A stretch of 64,000 nt of DNA from contig JBDRIV010000002.1 of NCBI GenBank assembly GCA_043815505.1, forward strand, positions 182,943 to 246,942, in the 5' to 3' direction. A program made the translations under genes and the position numbers. How positions within the stretch are numbered: position 1 is the first letter of the stretch; each line of letters begins with the position of its first letter. This stretch comes from a bacterium (GTDB lineage: Bacteria > Patescibacteriota > JABMPQ01 > JBDRIV01). Positions 41,954 through 50,453 of the stretch are shown one piece after another. Below the pieces are notes generated by a model. It was given only the letters and a program-made list of their open reading frames with translations, had not been told where the DNA came from and did not search any database.

Positions 41954-43315
41954 ATGGAGTATGTTGAACATATTTTGTTTAGTTTAATGTTAATTGCAAA
42001 TTTTGTAATTGCTTTTTACGTTATTTTAAAATCAAAAAACAGAATTATTGGAGGTTTGTATTTTATAATGTCATCCAGTTTGTCAATTTGGGGTATTAGT
42101 TCATATATTTTAGACCTTTTTCAATCTATACAAACAAGATTATTTTTAGCTAGACTAGATTATGTTTTGGGTGTTATACCAACATTATTCTTTGTAATAT
42201 TTTCAATATATTTCCCAAATAAGTTGAAAAACCTGAAAAGCAAAATATTAGAGATAATTTTATTCTTAATATCTTTTTTTGTATTAATACTATCAATCAC
42301 AGATTTAATTATAAAAAATATTAGTATTGAGAATAATTTCACAATTATTGAAAGAGGGTCGTTTCATATTGTATATACTTTATTTTTATCTTTGTTTATA
42401 TTATTTGGTAGTTTTTTGATGCTATACAAATATAGAAAAAGTGAAAGTATAGAAAAATCACAAATATTTTATTATTCCTTAGGAGGTATTTCAACTGCTA
42501 TATATATTGTAATTTTGGATCAAATTCTCCCTTATTTTTATAAATATCCAACAAAGTGGGGATTGTTAGCAATACCAATATACATTGCAACAGCTGCCTA
42601 TGCCATAATTCGCTATCGTTTCATGGACATTCGAATAATTATCAAGCGTAGTTCTATTTATATAGCTACCGTGGCCTTGGCAATTTTGATTTATATTTTG
42701 ATAGTTTATTTATTGCAAACATATTTTGTGACTAATAGTTTAAATAATAATGCCACAGTTATTTCTGCATTAATTGTAATTATTGGTATTCCCTTCATTC
42801 AAAAAGGCTCAAAGAATTTGGTAGAAAAGGTTTTTACCAAAGAAGAATACGATCCACAAAAGGCCTTAACCGAACTTGAAAGCAAATCAACAGATCGGCA
42901 TTCGGCAGAAGTTATAAAAGAAATAGAAAACATTTTAAAGAAACAATTTAGTCTGGAATTTGTAAAAACAGAATTGGCTGATGTAAATAAAAACTTATTA
43001 CTGGATTATTTAAAACAACAAGGAGAATCTATCATTATAAAAGATGAAATCAAGTTCTTGCATCAAAAAGATCCTCACAGCAAAGATTTATATGAAAAAT
43101 TGGCCATGTGGTTTAAATACAATAAAGCTAAGGTTGGTGTGATTCTAACAAATCAAGAAAATATTATTGGTGTAGTTTTATTAGGTGCAAAAAAACAAAA
43201 TGAAACCTACTCAGTCCAAGACATAGAATTACTAAATCAATTCCAAGTACGAATTTCTATCGTGCTGGCAAATACGCTTCTTTACGAAAGCACAATAGCT
43301 CAACTGAAAAAATAG
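41954..43315 (+). CDS. Truncated sensor paralog B: same architecture as paralog A, in tandem
   Basis: About 50% identical to paralog A at protein level. The last ~60 nt are ~93% identical to paralog A at DNA level. Confidence 0.75.
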   Translation: MEYVEHILFSLMLIANFVIAFYVILKSKNRIIGGLYFIMSSSLSIWGISSYILDLFQSIQTRLFLARLDYVLGVIPTLFFVIFSIYFPNKLKNLKSKILEIILFLISFFVLILSITDLIIKNISIENNFTIIERGSFHIVYTLFLSLFILFGSFLMLYKYRKSESIEKSQIFYYSLGGISTAIYIVILDQILPYFYKYPTKWGLLAIPIYIATAAYAIIRYRFMDIRIIIKRSSIYIATVALAILIYILIVYLLQTYFVTNSLNNNATVISALIVIIGIPFIQKGSKNLVEKVFTKEEYDPQKALTELESKSTDRHSAEVIKEIENILKKQFSLEFVKTELADVNKNLLLDYLKQQGESIIIKDEIKFLHQKDPHSKDLYEKLAMWFKYNKAKVGVILTNQENIIGVVLLGAKKQNETYSVQDIELLNQFQVRISIVLANTLLYESTIAQLKK

Positions 43316-43322
43316 CCAAAAA

Positions 43323-43362
43323 GTGTTATAATAAAACAAAACATTAACATCAAAACTATGAG
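43323..43362 (+). repeat. Copy 1 of a 40-bp direct repeat that includes an extended -10 element (TGnTATAAT) and an ATG
   Basis: gtgttataataaaacaaaacattaacatcaaaactatgag. Copy 2 is at 45627-45666 with one mismatch. Confidence 0.8.
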
Positions 43363-43407
43363 TATGGTTTTGACTATAGAATGTTATTTTGATAAACTAC
43401 AAATTAC

Positions 43408-43437
43408 TGGGGTATTTTGCCCCATTTTTGTTTTTTG
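43408..43437 (+). terminator. Rho-independent terminator
   Basis: tgggg-tattttg-cccca followed by tttttgttttttg. Confidence 0.6.
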
Positions 43438-43553
43438 AAAATGCTCTCTTGATAACTCAATCCTCAGTACACAATGTTAATTTAGATGCTCATTATGAGT
43501 AGCTAGCTTAGGATTTGCAGTTATCAGGTTAAGCAGGAAAGGAGGATAGCGAG

Positions 43554-43694
43554 ATGGAAGAGTTAAAAATGATCCAGGAACAAGAAACGGAGTATCAGGG
43601 AAGTCGGTTTGCCAGCATGGAAGTATTCGACACCGATACATCCTGTTGCGATTGTGACTGCGATTGTGATTGCGGTGACACCGACAACTACTGA
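43554..43694 (+). CDS. Candidate RiPP precursor peptide: 46 aa, six Cys, an acidic leader and a CCDCDCDCDC core
   Basis: A strong Shine-Dalgarno sequence (aaaggagga) lies 7 nt upstream of the ATG. Translation: MEELKMIQEQETEYQGSRFASMEVFDTDTSCCDCDCDCDCGDTDNY. It sits immediately upstream of a radical-SAM/SPASM gene. The opposite-strand 100-aa ORF (43477..43779) is its mirror image and has no ribosome-binding site. Confidence 0.6.
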   Translation: MEELKMIQEQETEYQGSRFASMEVFDTDTSCCDCDCDCDCGDTDNY

Positions 43695-43708
43695 TCCGAT
43701 TGTCCGGC

Positions 43709-43740
43709 GTGGGAGGGGTCAATAAAATGACCCCTCCCAC
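43709..43740 (+). promoter_or_regulatory. 13-bp perfect GC-rich stem-loop between the precursor and the radical-SAM gene, with no U-tract
   Basis: gtgggaggggtca-ataaaa-tgacccctcccac. This is the placement typical of the precursor/enzyme decoupling hairpins seen in RiPP operons. Confidence 0.55.
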
Positions 43741-43766
43741 AATCATCTTATGAAAGGAGGTGTGAA

Positions 43767-45050
43767 ATGATACCAGCATTAGCCCAATGGGAAATATCAG
43801 ATAAGTGTCAGTATCGATGTCAACATTGTTACTACACTAGTCCGGAAGAGGTTTCATTATCACCAGGCATTTTGAATGACGAGCAAATGTGGCAAATTGC
43901 CAATATAATCGTATATCACCAACTCTTCTTCGTAACTTTTACAGGAGGAGAACCGCTAGTTATAAGTGCATTACTTGTACAGTTGGCCAAGTATTTGCAT
44001 GAGCACAATGTCTCGTTGTCTTTAAATACCAACTTGGCATTAATGAATGAAAGTCTTTTTGCAGATTTGCATGTTGATCGAATGTTAATTTCCTGTCCAG
44101 CAACAGATCCTTCGGTGTATCGAGAAGTAACTGGAAACGGTAATTATCACCTCTTCGAACAAAAGCTCAAGCTTCTGATTGAAGCTGATGCAAATTTCAC
44201 TGTAAACATGGTTGTTAGCAAATTAAATCACTTACTAATCAGAGAAACAGCTTCTCATTTAGCAAACCTGGGAGTGAAAAGATTTGCTGCAACACCGACA
44301 AGTATCAATCCCACAAATCCAAATTTTTCGTTGTTGCTTGATTTAAATGAGGTCCAACAAGTTATTTTTGATCTCATTTGGGCTTACGAAGAATTGGGAT
44401 TAGAAGTTGATATTATGGAGTCAATTCCGAAATGCGTGATGCCGCTTAGAGCATTCGAGCTCGAGTTGCCGTTTGTATATAGGTCTTGTCATGCCGGTAA
44501 AAGAAACGGCACAATATCTGCCAATGGTGACGTTCGTCCTTGCGGACATAATCCTCGTGTTTTCGGTAATATACTTACAGATAAAGTTGAAACTATTTGG
44601 AATCGAATGCACGATTGGAGAGAAGCCAGTGGTAATTTTCACACAGACTGTCTTGGTTGCGATATTTTCAGCAATTGCGGTGGCGGATGCCGAGTTGATG
44701 CCGCTACGCGGGAAGGAGAAACAGCAGCTAAACACCCTTATATGACTCATAAGCTGACAGCTCCACCTGTAAAGCCGAAAGAGATAACTCTTTTACCAGA
44801 CACGGTAATTCGGCCGTCTAGATCTTTCCACTTTAGATCTGAAGATGGTGGGTGGCTCGTTGCTCCTGGATCGCCGAGAAACATAATTCATGTCAACCAA
44901 GTATTGTATGAATTCTTGGTTTCCAGCAGAGATTTGAATCCGATGCCAGTTGCAGAATTGGCAACTAAGTATAATACCACAGCAAACGATTATAATTTTC
45001 AGCGAGTTTTAAATGAAGTGATCAAGAAAAAGTTCTTTGTTATAATGTAG
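43767..45050 (+). CDS. Radical SAM enzyme with a C-terminal SPASM/twitch domain (peptide-modifying maturase candidate)
   Basis: Shine-Dalgarno sequence aaaggagg. The CxxxCxxC motif is at the very N-terminus (CQYRCQHCYY). GGEPL motif present. SPASM cysteines: CHAGKRNGTISANGDVRPCGH...CLGCDIFSNCGGGCRVDA. A ~110-aa C-terminal extension of unknown function follows. Confidence 0.8.
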   Translation: MIPALAQWEISDKCQYRCQHCYYTSPEEVSLSPGILNDEQMWQIANIIVYHQLFFVTFTGGEPLVISALLVQLAKYLHEHNVSLSLNTNLALMNESLFADLHVDRMLISCPATDPSVYREVTGNGNYHLFEQKLKLLIEADANFTVNMVVSKLNHLLIRETASHLANLGVKRFAATPTSINPTNPNFSLLLDLNEVQQVIFDLIWAYEELGLEVDIMESIPKCVMPLRAFELELPFVYRSCHAGKRNGTISANGDVRPCGHNPRVFGNILTDKVETIWNRMHDWREASGNFHTDCLGCDIFSNCGGGCRVDAATREGETAAKHPYMTHKLTAPPVKPKEITLLPDTVIRPSRSFHFRSEDGGWLVAPGSPRNIIHVNQVLYEFLVSSRDLNPMPVAELATKYNTTANDYNFQRVLNEVIKKKFFVIM

Positions 45051-45130
45051 TCTTATGGGGAAGTATGTATAATAGCATCTTCCCTGTTTCTTTATGGAGC
45101 TGTATAATAAATATGGAGTAACTTAAAAAC

Positions 45131-45613
45131 ATGAATAAATATTTACAACTTGGAAAGTATTCTAAAGATTGTCCGAAAGAACTTTTAGTTGAAGTTAAAA
45201 AAATTAAAAAAGAAAATAATCAAAAGGATTATATATTGGAGATATTTAAATTGGTTAAGGAAGAATTTAATCCTCAAAAACATGACATTACGACCACGAA
45301 TGATTTTAAAATATCGCGTTTTATATCTGCGAATGAGGTATATAAAAAAAGACAACGGTCATGTGGTTCAATCGCTACAGTTATGGCTTCGTTGTTAAGA
45401 ACTCTTGGATATCCAACAAAGCTTGTTAATGGATTTTATATTAAAAACAATCCCCAAATGCGTCATGCGTGGAATGAAGTGATGATTAATGGAAAATGGG
45501 TAGCAATTGATATAATGAGAAATGATTTTAAATTAGATAAGTATCATGTTAGAAACGATGAGTGGGTAGATTGGAACGATTTGGAAAAAGAAATGCAAAA
45601 AAGTGAGAAATAA
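45131..45613 (+). CDS. Transglutaminase-like cysteine peptidase domain protein
   Basis: Cys-His-Asp core: RSCGSIATVMASLLRTLGYPTKLVNGFY...HAWNEVMINGKWVAIDI. This matches the transglutaminase-core pattern. Confidence 0.7.
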   Translation: MNKYLQLGKYSKDCPKELLVEVKKIKKENNQKDYILEIFKLVKEEFNPQKHDITTTNDFKISRFISANEVYKKRQRSCGSIATVMASLLRTLGYPTKLVNGFYIKNNPQMRHAWNEVMINGKWVAIDIMRNDFKLDKYHVRNDEWVDWNDLEKEMQKSEK

Positions 45614-45626
45614 ATTTTATAAGATT

Positions 45627-45666
45627 GTGCTATAATAAAACAAAACATTAACATCAAAACTATGAG
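45627..45666 (+). repeat. Copy 2 of the 40-bp direct repeat. It overlaps the start codon of the 1075-aa surface protein gene.
   Basis: gtgctataataaaacaaaacattaacatcaaaactatgag. Confidence 0.8.
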
Positions 45667-48600
45667 GAGAATTTTAAAATCCGTAGCCATCTTCACTTTA
45701 GTAGTGGCTTTTATTTTTGGCATAATGCCTTTTAATACTAAACAAGCAAAGGCGACTTCATTTGGAGATGCTTCAACCTTTGTTGGTAGAATTTATGCTG
45801 GCGATGGCAATACTGGCAATAATGCTTATTTGGACTTTGCTCGCGGTATGGATATTGATGATGACGGCAAAATCTATTATGCCGACACCTATAACAATGT
45901 CATTCGCAAACAAAGTAAAATTTCTGGTGGCACCGTGAGTACTTTGGCTGGCACTGGTGATTATGGTGATATTACAGGAGCAACATCCAAAGCTAAATTT
46001 GCTTATCCTAAAGATGTTGATGTTGATTCAGACGGAACAGTTTATGTAGCCGACACCTACAACAATAAAATCAAAAAAATAAAAAATGGACAGGTAACAA
46101 CGCTCGTATCTTCTGGTTTGAAATATCCTCAAGGTTTACATTTGGTCGGTAGCTATCTGTACATTACCGACACCGGCAACAATCAGATTAAAAGAGTCAA
46201 TAAAAATGGCGGCTCGGTAACAACCCTAGTAACAGGATTAAATGCTCCAGAAAAATTGCGAGTTGATTCTTCCCAAAATTATGCTTACATTGCCAACACC
46301 GGCGCTGGTTCAGTTGTAAAAGCCAGATTATCAAATGGCAGTAAATCTACATTGGCTTCAGGATATCAGACAGTGACTGGTGTTGAACTTTACAACAACA
46401 AGGTTTATTTTTCTGACGAAAAAAACGAAGCAGTGAGAAAAGTGAGCATTAACGGCGGTAGCGTATCTTTATTTGCCAACGATCCCGGTCAAGTTCAGGT
46501 TCACAAACCAACCGATCTAAAAAGACGAGGCAACTACATGTATGTTTTAAACACCGGATCCTCCGACATGCGTCGTTTTAATTTAAGCAACGGCAATTAC
46601 GATACAAAAATTACTGGCGCAAGAGTTTTTCAATATCGGAATGGTTCTAAATCATCAGCCTTACTTGGTCGTCCCACTGATATAATAATGACTTCTGATA
46701 GGAAATATTTGTATGTGGCCGAAAATAATCAAATTAGAAGAATTACCAGAAGCTCAGGATACACAACTCATATTGCTGGTAACACCTCCGATAATTTTCG
46801 TGATGACGTCGGCTTAGCCGCCCGCTTTTCAACCATCGGGAGTATTGTTATTGATTCCAACAATCATTTTATTTATGCCACTGATCGCTGGAACAACCGT
46901 ATCAGAAAAATTAATGTAAATACTGGCCGAGTAACTACTTTGGCTGGCGGCGGTTTAATTAACACTACCGGTTCCCAAAGAAATGGCTACAAAGAAGCCA
47001 CTGGAACGGCTGCTCGTTTTGATAATCCCGTTGGTCTGGCAATTTCTCCTGACGACAAATATTTATATGTGGCCGACACCAACAACAAACGCATCAGGCG
47101 CGTTATCATTGCCACCGGCAAAACCGAATTTATTGCCGGCTCCGGAACTGATGGTTTTGCCGACGGCACAGGCTCTACTGCCAAATTTAACACACCTTAT
47201 GGTTTAACCATTGATAGCAGTGGCAATAATTTATATCTGGCTGACCGCAATAATCATCGTATCAGAAAAATAAATCTAGCTACAAAAGCTGTAACCACAT
47301 TAGCTGGCACTGGAGAAATTGGTGCTCGCGACGGATTGGGTGACACCGCAGTCTTTTCTTATCCTACCTACGTTAAAATGGGCTCGGACGGAAATTTGTA
47401 CGTCAGTGAAGCTGGCTCACATAACATTCGTTTTATAAAAACTTCTACCACCAGCGTTAGATTACTGGCCGGATCTGGAACTAAAGGATTTAAGAACAGT
47501 ACTCGTTTTGCTTCCAAATTCCACAATCCTGCTGGTATGGTTTTAGATGACGCTGGTGATACGCTTTACGTTTGTGATTTTTACAACGATCAAATTCGCT
47601 CGGTAGCAGTTACGGGAGAAACTCCTTTTGCTGAAGCTGCTCCTAATATAAATTCCATTTCACCCAATAATTACGCCGCCCAATCACAATCACTTAAACT
47701 TGGATTGGCAATTACTGGTTCAGGATTTAGAATTGGTGCTAGAGTTTATATTGGTTCTCATGAAACTTCACCAACTTATGTGCAATCCGATTCCAGCATT
47801 GGTGGAGAAATTGACATTAATAACTGGTCGCCTGGTTATTACGATGTGAAAGTTACAAATCGTGATGGTCAAACAACCACCATGTCGCAAGGTTTTGTAA
47901 TTAGAAACGCCGACGGTTCTTATCCACCAAGACCTGTAGATATAATTCCACCTGCCCCCGGCGATTCTTTCATGGCCTACACCGATAATTTACGTGGTGG
48001 TTACTATTTGGGCAGTGGAAATATTTCTGGTTCTAACAAAGCAGAAATTATTACTGGCACCATGCAAGGACTTGGTCCGCAAGTTTTGGTTTACAACAAC
48101 AGCGGATCATTGATGAGCAATTTCTTTGTTTATGCTACCTACTTGCGTTCCGGTGTTCGTTTAGCAACAGGCAATGTGGATGGTAGTGGCACTGATGAAA
48201 TAGTTACTGTGGCCGGCCCAGGTGGTCGACCACACGTTAGAATTTTCAATTCTGATGGTACACCGCGCTATCCCGGTTTCTTTGCACTTGATGGAAAATT
48301 TATGGGCGGTTCTCATGTCGCAGTAGGCGATGTGTTGGGTAGAGGTTATGACCAGATTCTAATTTCGGCTGGTTCTGGTGGCGGTCCGCAAATTACAGTT
48401 CATGATAAATTGGGAAATGTCTTAGGAATCTTTTATGCTTACGAAAGTACTTTCCGCGGTGGCGTGCGTATAGCCACAGCTGATTTTGATGGTGATGGCA
48501 TTGATGAAATTATTACTGGTCCCGAAAATGGTTCTTCTCATGTGCAAATCTTTTCCATGAAGAACGGTATTAAAAGACTAACTCCCGGCTTCATGGCCTT

Positions 48601-48889
48601 TCATCCTAATTTCAACGGTGGCCTTTCGGTAGCTGGTGGAGACATTGACGGCGACGGCCGAGATGAAATAATTGTGGCTCAAGCTAAAGCTGGCCAAGCC
48701 TGGGTAAAAGTTTACAACGGCACCACACAGGAAATTAGAAAAACTTTTATGGCCTACGCTTCCAATTTTGAAGGGGGTGCCAACGTGGCTGCTGCTGACG
48801 TCGATTCTGATGGTAAAGCTGAAGTTATAACTATGCCGGGTTCAAATGGTTCACCGCAAGTCAGAATTATGCATTTAGACCAGTTTTAA
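45662..48889 (+). CDS. Large secreted surface protein: NHL-repeat beta-propeller(s), an Ig-like segment and C-terminal FG-GAP/VCBS-like repeats
   Basis: Signal peptide present. About 12 NHL-type repeats (YYADTYNNVIRK, YVADTYNNKIKKI, LYITDTGNNQIKRV, LYVADTNNKRIRRV, ...). C-terminal repeats DGDGIDEIITGPENGSSHVQIF and DGDGRDEIIVAQAKAGQAWVKVY. Confidence 0.8.
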   Translation: MRRILKSVAIFTLVVAFIFGIMPFNTKQAKATSFGDASTFVGRIYAGDGNTGNNAYLDFARGMDIDDDGKIYYADTYNNVIRKQSKISGGTVSTLAGTGDYGDITGATSKAKFAYPKDVDVDSDGTVYVADTYNNKIKKIKNGQVTTLVSSGLKYPQGLHLVGSYLYITDTGNNQIKRVNKNGGSVTTLVTGLNAPEKLRVDSSQNYAYIANTGAGSVVKARLSNGSKSTLASGYQTVTGVELYNNKVYFSDEKNEAVRKVSINGGSVSLFANDPGQVQVHKPTDLKRRGNYMYVLNTGSSDMRRFNLSNGNYDTKITGARVFQYRNGSKSSALLGRPTDIIMTSDRKYLYVAENNQIRRITRSSGYTTHIAGNTSDNFRDDVGLAARFSTIGSIVIDSNNHFIYATDRWNNRIRKINVNTGRVTTLAGGGLINTTGSQRNGYKEATGTAARFDNPVGLAISPDDKYLYVADTNNKRIRRVIIATGKTEFIAGSGTDGFADGTGSTAKFNTPYGLTIDSSGNNLYLADRNNHRIRKINLATKAVTTLAGTGEIGARDGLGDTAVFSYPTYVKMGSDGNLYVSEAGSHNIRFIKTSTTSVRLLAGSGTKGFKNSTRFASKFHNPAGMVLDDAGDTLYVCDFYNDQIRSVAVTGETPFAEAAPNINSISPNNYAAQSQSLKLGLAITGSGFRIGARVYIGSHETSPTYVQSDSSIGGEIDINNWSPGYYDVKVTNRDGQTTTMSQGFVIRNADGSYPPRPVDIIPPAPGDSFMAYTDNLRGGYYLGSGNISGSNKAEIITGTMQGLGPQVLVYNNSGSLMSNFFVYATYLRSGVRLATGNVDGSGTDEIVTVAGPGGRPHVRIFNSDGTPRYPGFFALDGKFMGGSHVAVGDVLGRGYDQILISAGSGGGPQITVHDKLGNVLGIFYAYESTFRGGVRIATADFDGDGIDEIITGPENGSSHVQIFSMKNGIKRLTPGFMAFHPNFNGGLSVAGGDIDGDGRDEIIVAQAKAGQAWVKVYNGTTQEIRKTFMAYASNFEGGANVAAADVDSDGKAEVITMPGSNGSPQVRIMHLDQF

Positions 48890-48927
48890 ACTTTGTGCTA
48901 GAATAAGGCATTATTAAGAGAAAAAAA

Positions 48928-49380
48928 ATGAGTAAAATTTATGAACAGATAGAAGCTGACATTAAACAAACTATGAAGGACCAAGACTCAGAAAAGCTGG
49001 TTGTTTTGCGAGTCCTAAGTTCCGATCTAAAAAACGCTCTAAAAGAAAAAGGTAAAGAATTGGAAGACAAAGATGTGACGCAAGTTTTGAAAAAAACCTT
49101 GAAGCGCTTAAAAGATACAATCGATTCTGCTACCCAGGCTGGTCGCGATGATTTAATTGCTAAAGCGGAAAAAGAAAAGGAAATTGTAAATGTTTATATG
49201 CCCGAACAGATATCGGATGCAGATTTGGAAAAAATTGTTGATGAAGTTTTAGAATCTATGGATGAAGGCGCCAAAGCAAATTTTGGCAAAGTTATGGGTG
49301 CTATTATGGCCAGAACTAAAGGCGAGGCTGACGGCAACAAAGTAAGTCAGCTGGTAAAAAATAAATTAGAAGAACAGTGA
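48928..49380 (+). CDS. yqeY: GatB/YqeY-domain protein
   Basis: 150 aa with the YqeY-type pattern (IKQTMKDQDSEKLVVLRVLSSDLKN...). Confidence 0.7.
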   Translation: MSKIYEQIEADIKQTMKDQDSEKLVVLRVLSSDLKNALKEKGKELEDKDVTQVLKKTLKRLKDTIDSATQAGRDDLIAKAEKEKEIVNVYMPEQISDADLEKIVDEVLESMDEGAKANFGKVMGAIMARTKGEADGNKVSQLVKNKLEEQ

Positions 49381-50423
49381 AATATTTAATAATTACTGTA
49401 TTTGTAATTGTTATATTTGGAGTTTCTTATTTTGTTGGTTCAAGAATTGTAAGTTCACTTATGGACAAAGACACAACTGAAACTAGCGTTAATATCCCTG
49501 AGAAAAAATCTATCACCACCACTATCGTCTGCGGTGGTGATGTTATGTTATCACGCACGGTTGGTGCCAAAATTGTGGCCGCCGGTGATAATGTTTTACC
49601 TTTTAAAAATATTGCTGAAGAATTTTCTGCAGTAGATATTTCTTTTGTAAATTTAGAAGCTCCTTTTTACGATCAAGGACCGAGCGTTACCGAAGGCATT
49701 GTTTTTAAATCTGAACCAGAAACAATTGCTGGCTTGAAATTCGCGGGCATTGATATTGTTTCGTTGGCCAACAATCACTTTGGTAATCAAGGACAAGCGG
49801 GAATGAAATACACTTATAATTATTTAGATGAAAATAATATTGCTTATACTGGTGCGGGCAATAATTACACCGAAGCACACACAGTTAAAGTTTTAGAAAA
49901 AAATGGTATTAAGTTTGGTTTTCTAGCCTACAATGGTATTGCTCCTAGATCTTATGAAGCCACCGCCGATTCAGCTGGCCTAGCTTGGTCTCATCCTGAT
50001 GAAATTGCAGCCGACGTTGAAAAAAGTCGTCCTAATGTGGATGTTCTACTTGTTTCTATTCATGCCGGCACCGAATACACTCATACTCCAAACGAAAATC
50101 AAATTGTGGTAGCTAGACGTGCCATTGATGCCGGTGCTGACATTATAGTTGGTCACCATCCGCACGTAGTGCAAACAATTGAAAAATATAAAGAGGGATT
50201 AATAATTTATTCTCTAGGCAATTTGGTTTTTGATCAAATGTGGTCTCAAGCGACGCGCGAGGGAGCATATGTAACTCTAAATTTTGAAAACAAGAAATTG
50301 AAAGATTTGAAAATTACACCAGTTGTAATTGAAAATTATAATCAACCTCGTAAGGCAAATAATGAAGAAGCTAACAAAATTTTGGCTGATATGCAATTAG
50401 ATTCAGCTGAACTTGAAATTTAA
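49377..50423 (+). CDS. CapA/PgsA-family metallophosphatase-like protein
   Basis: GGDVMLSR, VSLANNHFGNQG, YTGAGNNYTEAH and HAGTEY...GHHPHVVQ motifs. Confidence 0.75.
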   Translation: MKYLIITVFVIVIFGVSYFVGSRIVSSLMDKDTTETSVNIPEKKSITTTIVCGGDVMLSRTVGAKIVAAGDNVLPFKNIAEEFSAVDISFVNLEAPFYDQGPSVTEGIVFKSEPETIAGLKFAGIDIVSLANNHFGNQGQAGMKYTYNYLDENNIAYTGAGNNYTEAHTVKVLEKNGIKFGFLAYNGIAPRSYEATADSAGLAWSHPDEIAADVEKSRPNVDVLLVSIHAGTEYTHTPNENQIVVARRAIDAGADIIVGHHPHVVQTIEKYKEGLIIYSLGNLVFDQMWSQATREGAYVTLNFENKKLKDLKITPVVIENYNQPRKANNEEANKILADMQLDSAELEI

Positions 50424-50453
50424 AGAGATTTTTAGTATGCTAATTAAGCAATT

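Noticed and set aside
43358-43438. 26-aa hydrophobic ORF as an alternative RiPP precursor
   Set aside because: It has no Cys/Ser/Thr-rich core. Its 3' end is the terminator hairpin. It is more likely a small-RNA or leader fragment created by the 40-bp duplication. I kept it only as a low-confidence finding.
43477-43779. 100-aa minus-strand ORF with an HRNHNRSHNRN repeat
   Set aside because: It is the reverse-complement reading of the Cys/Asp-repeat precursor region. It has no ribosome-binding site, and it overlaps the radical-SAM start and the strong hairpin. The plus-strand 46-aa ORF has a strong Shine-Dalgarno sequence and the operon context.
43323-45666. CRISPR-like repeat array
   Set aside because: There are only two copies, 40 bp each and 2.3 kb apart, and they carry promoter and start-codon sequence. 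It is not an array.
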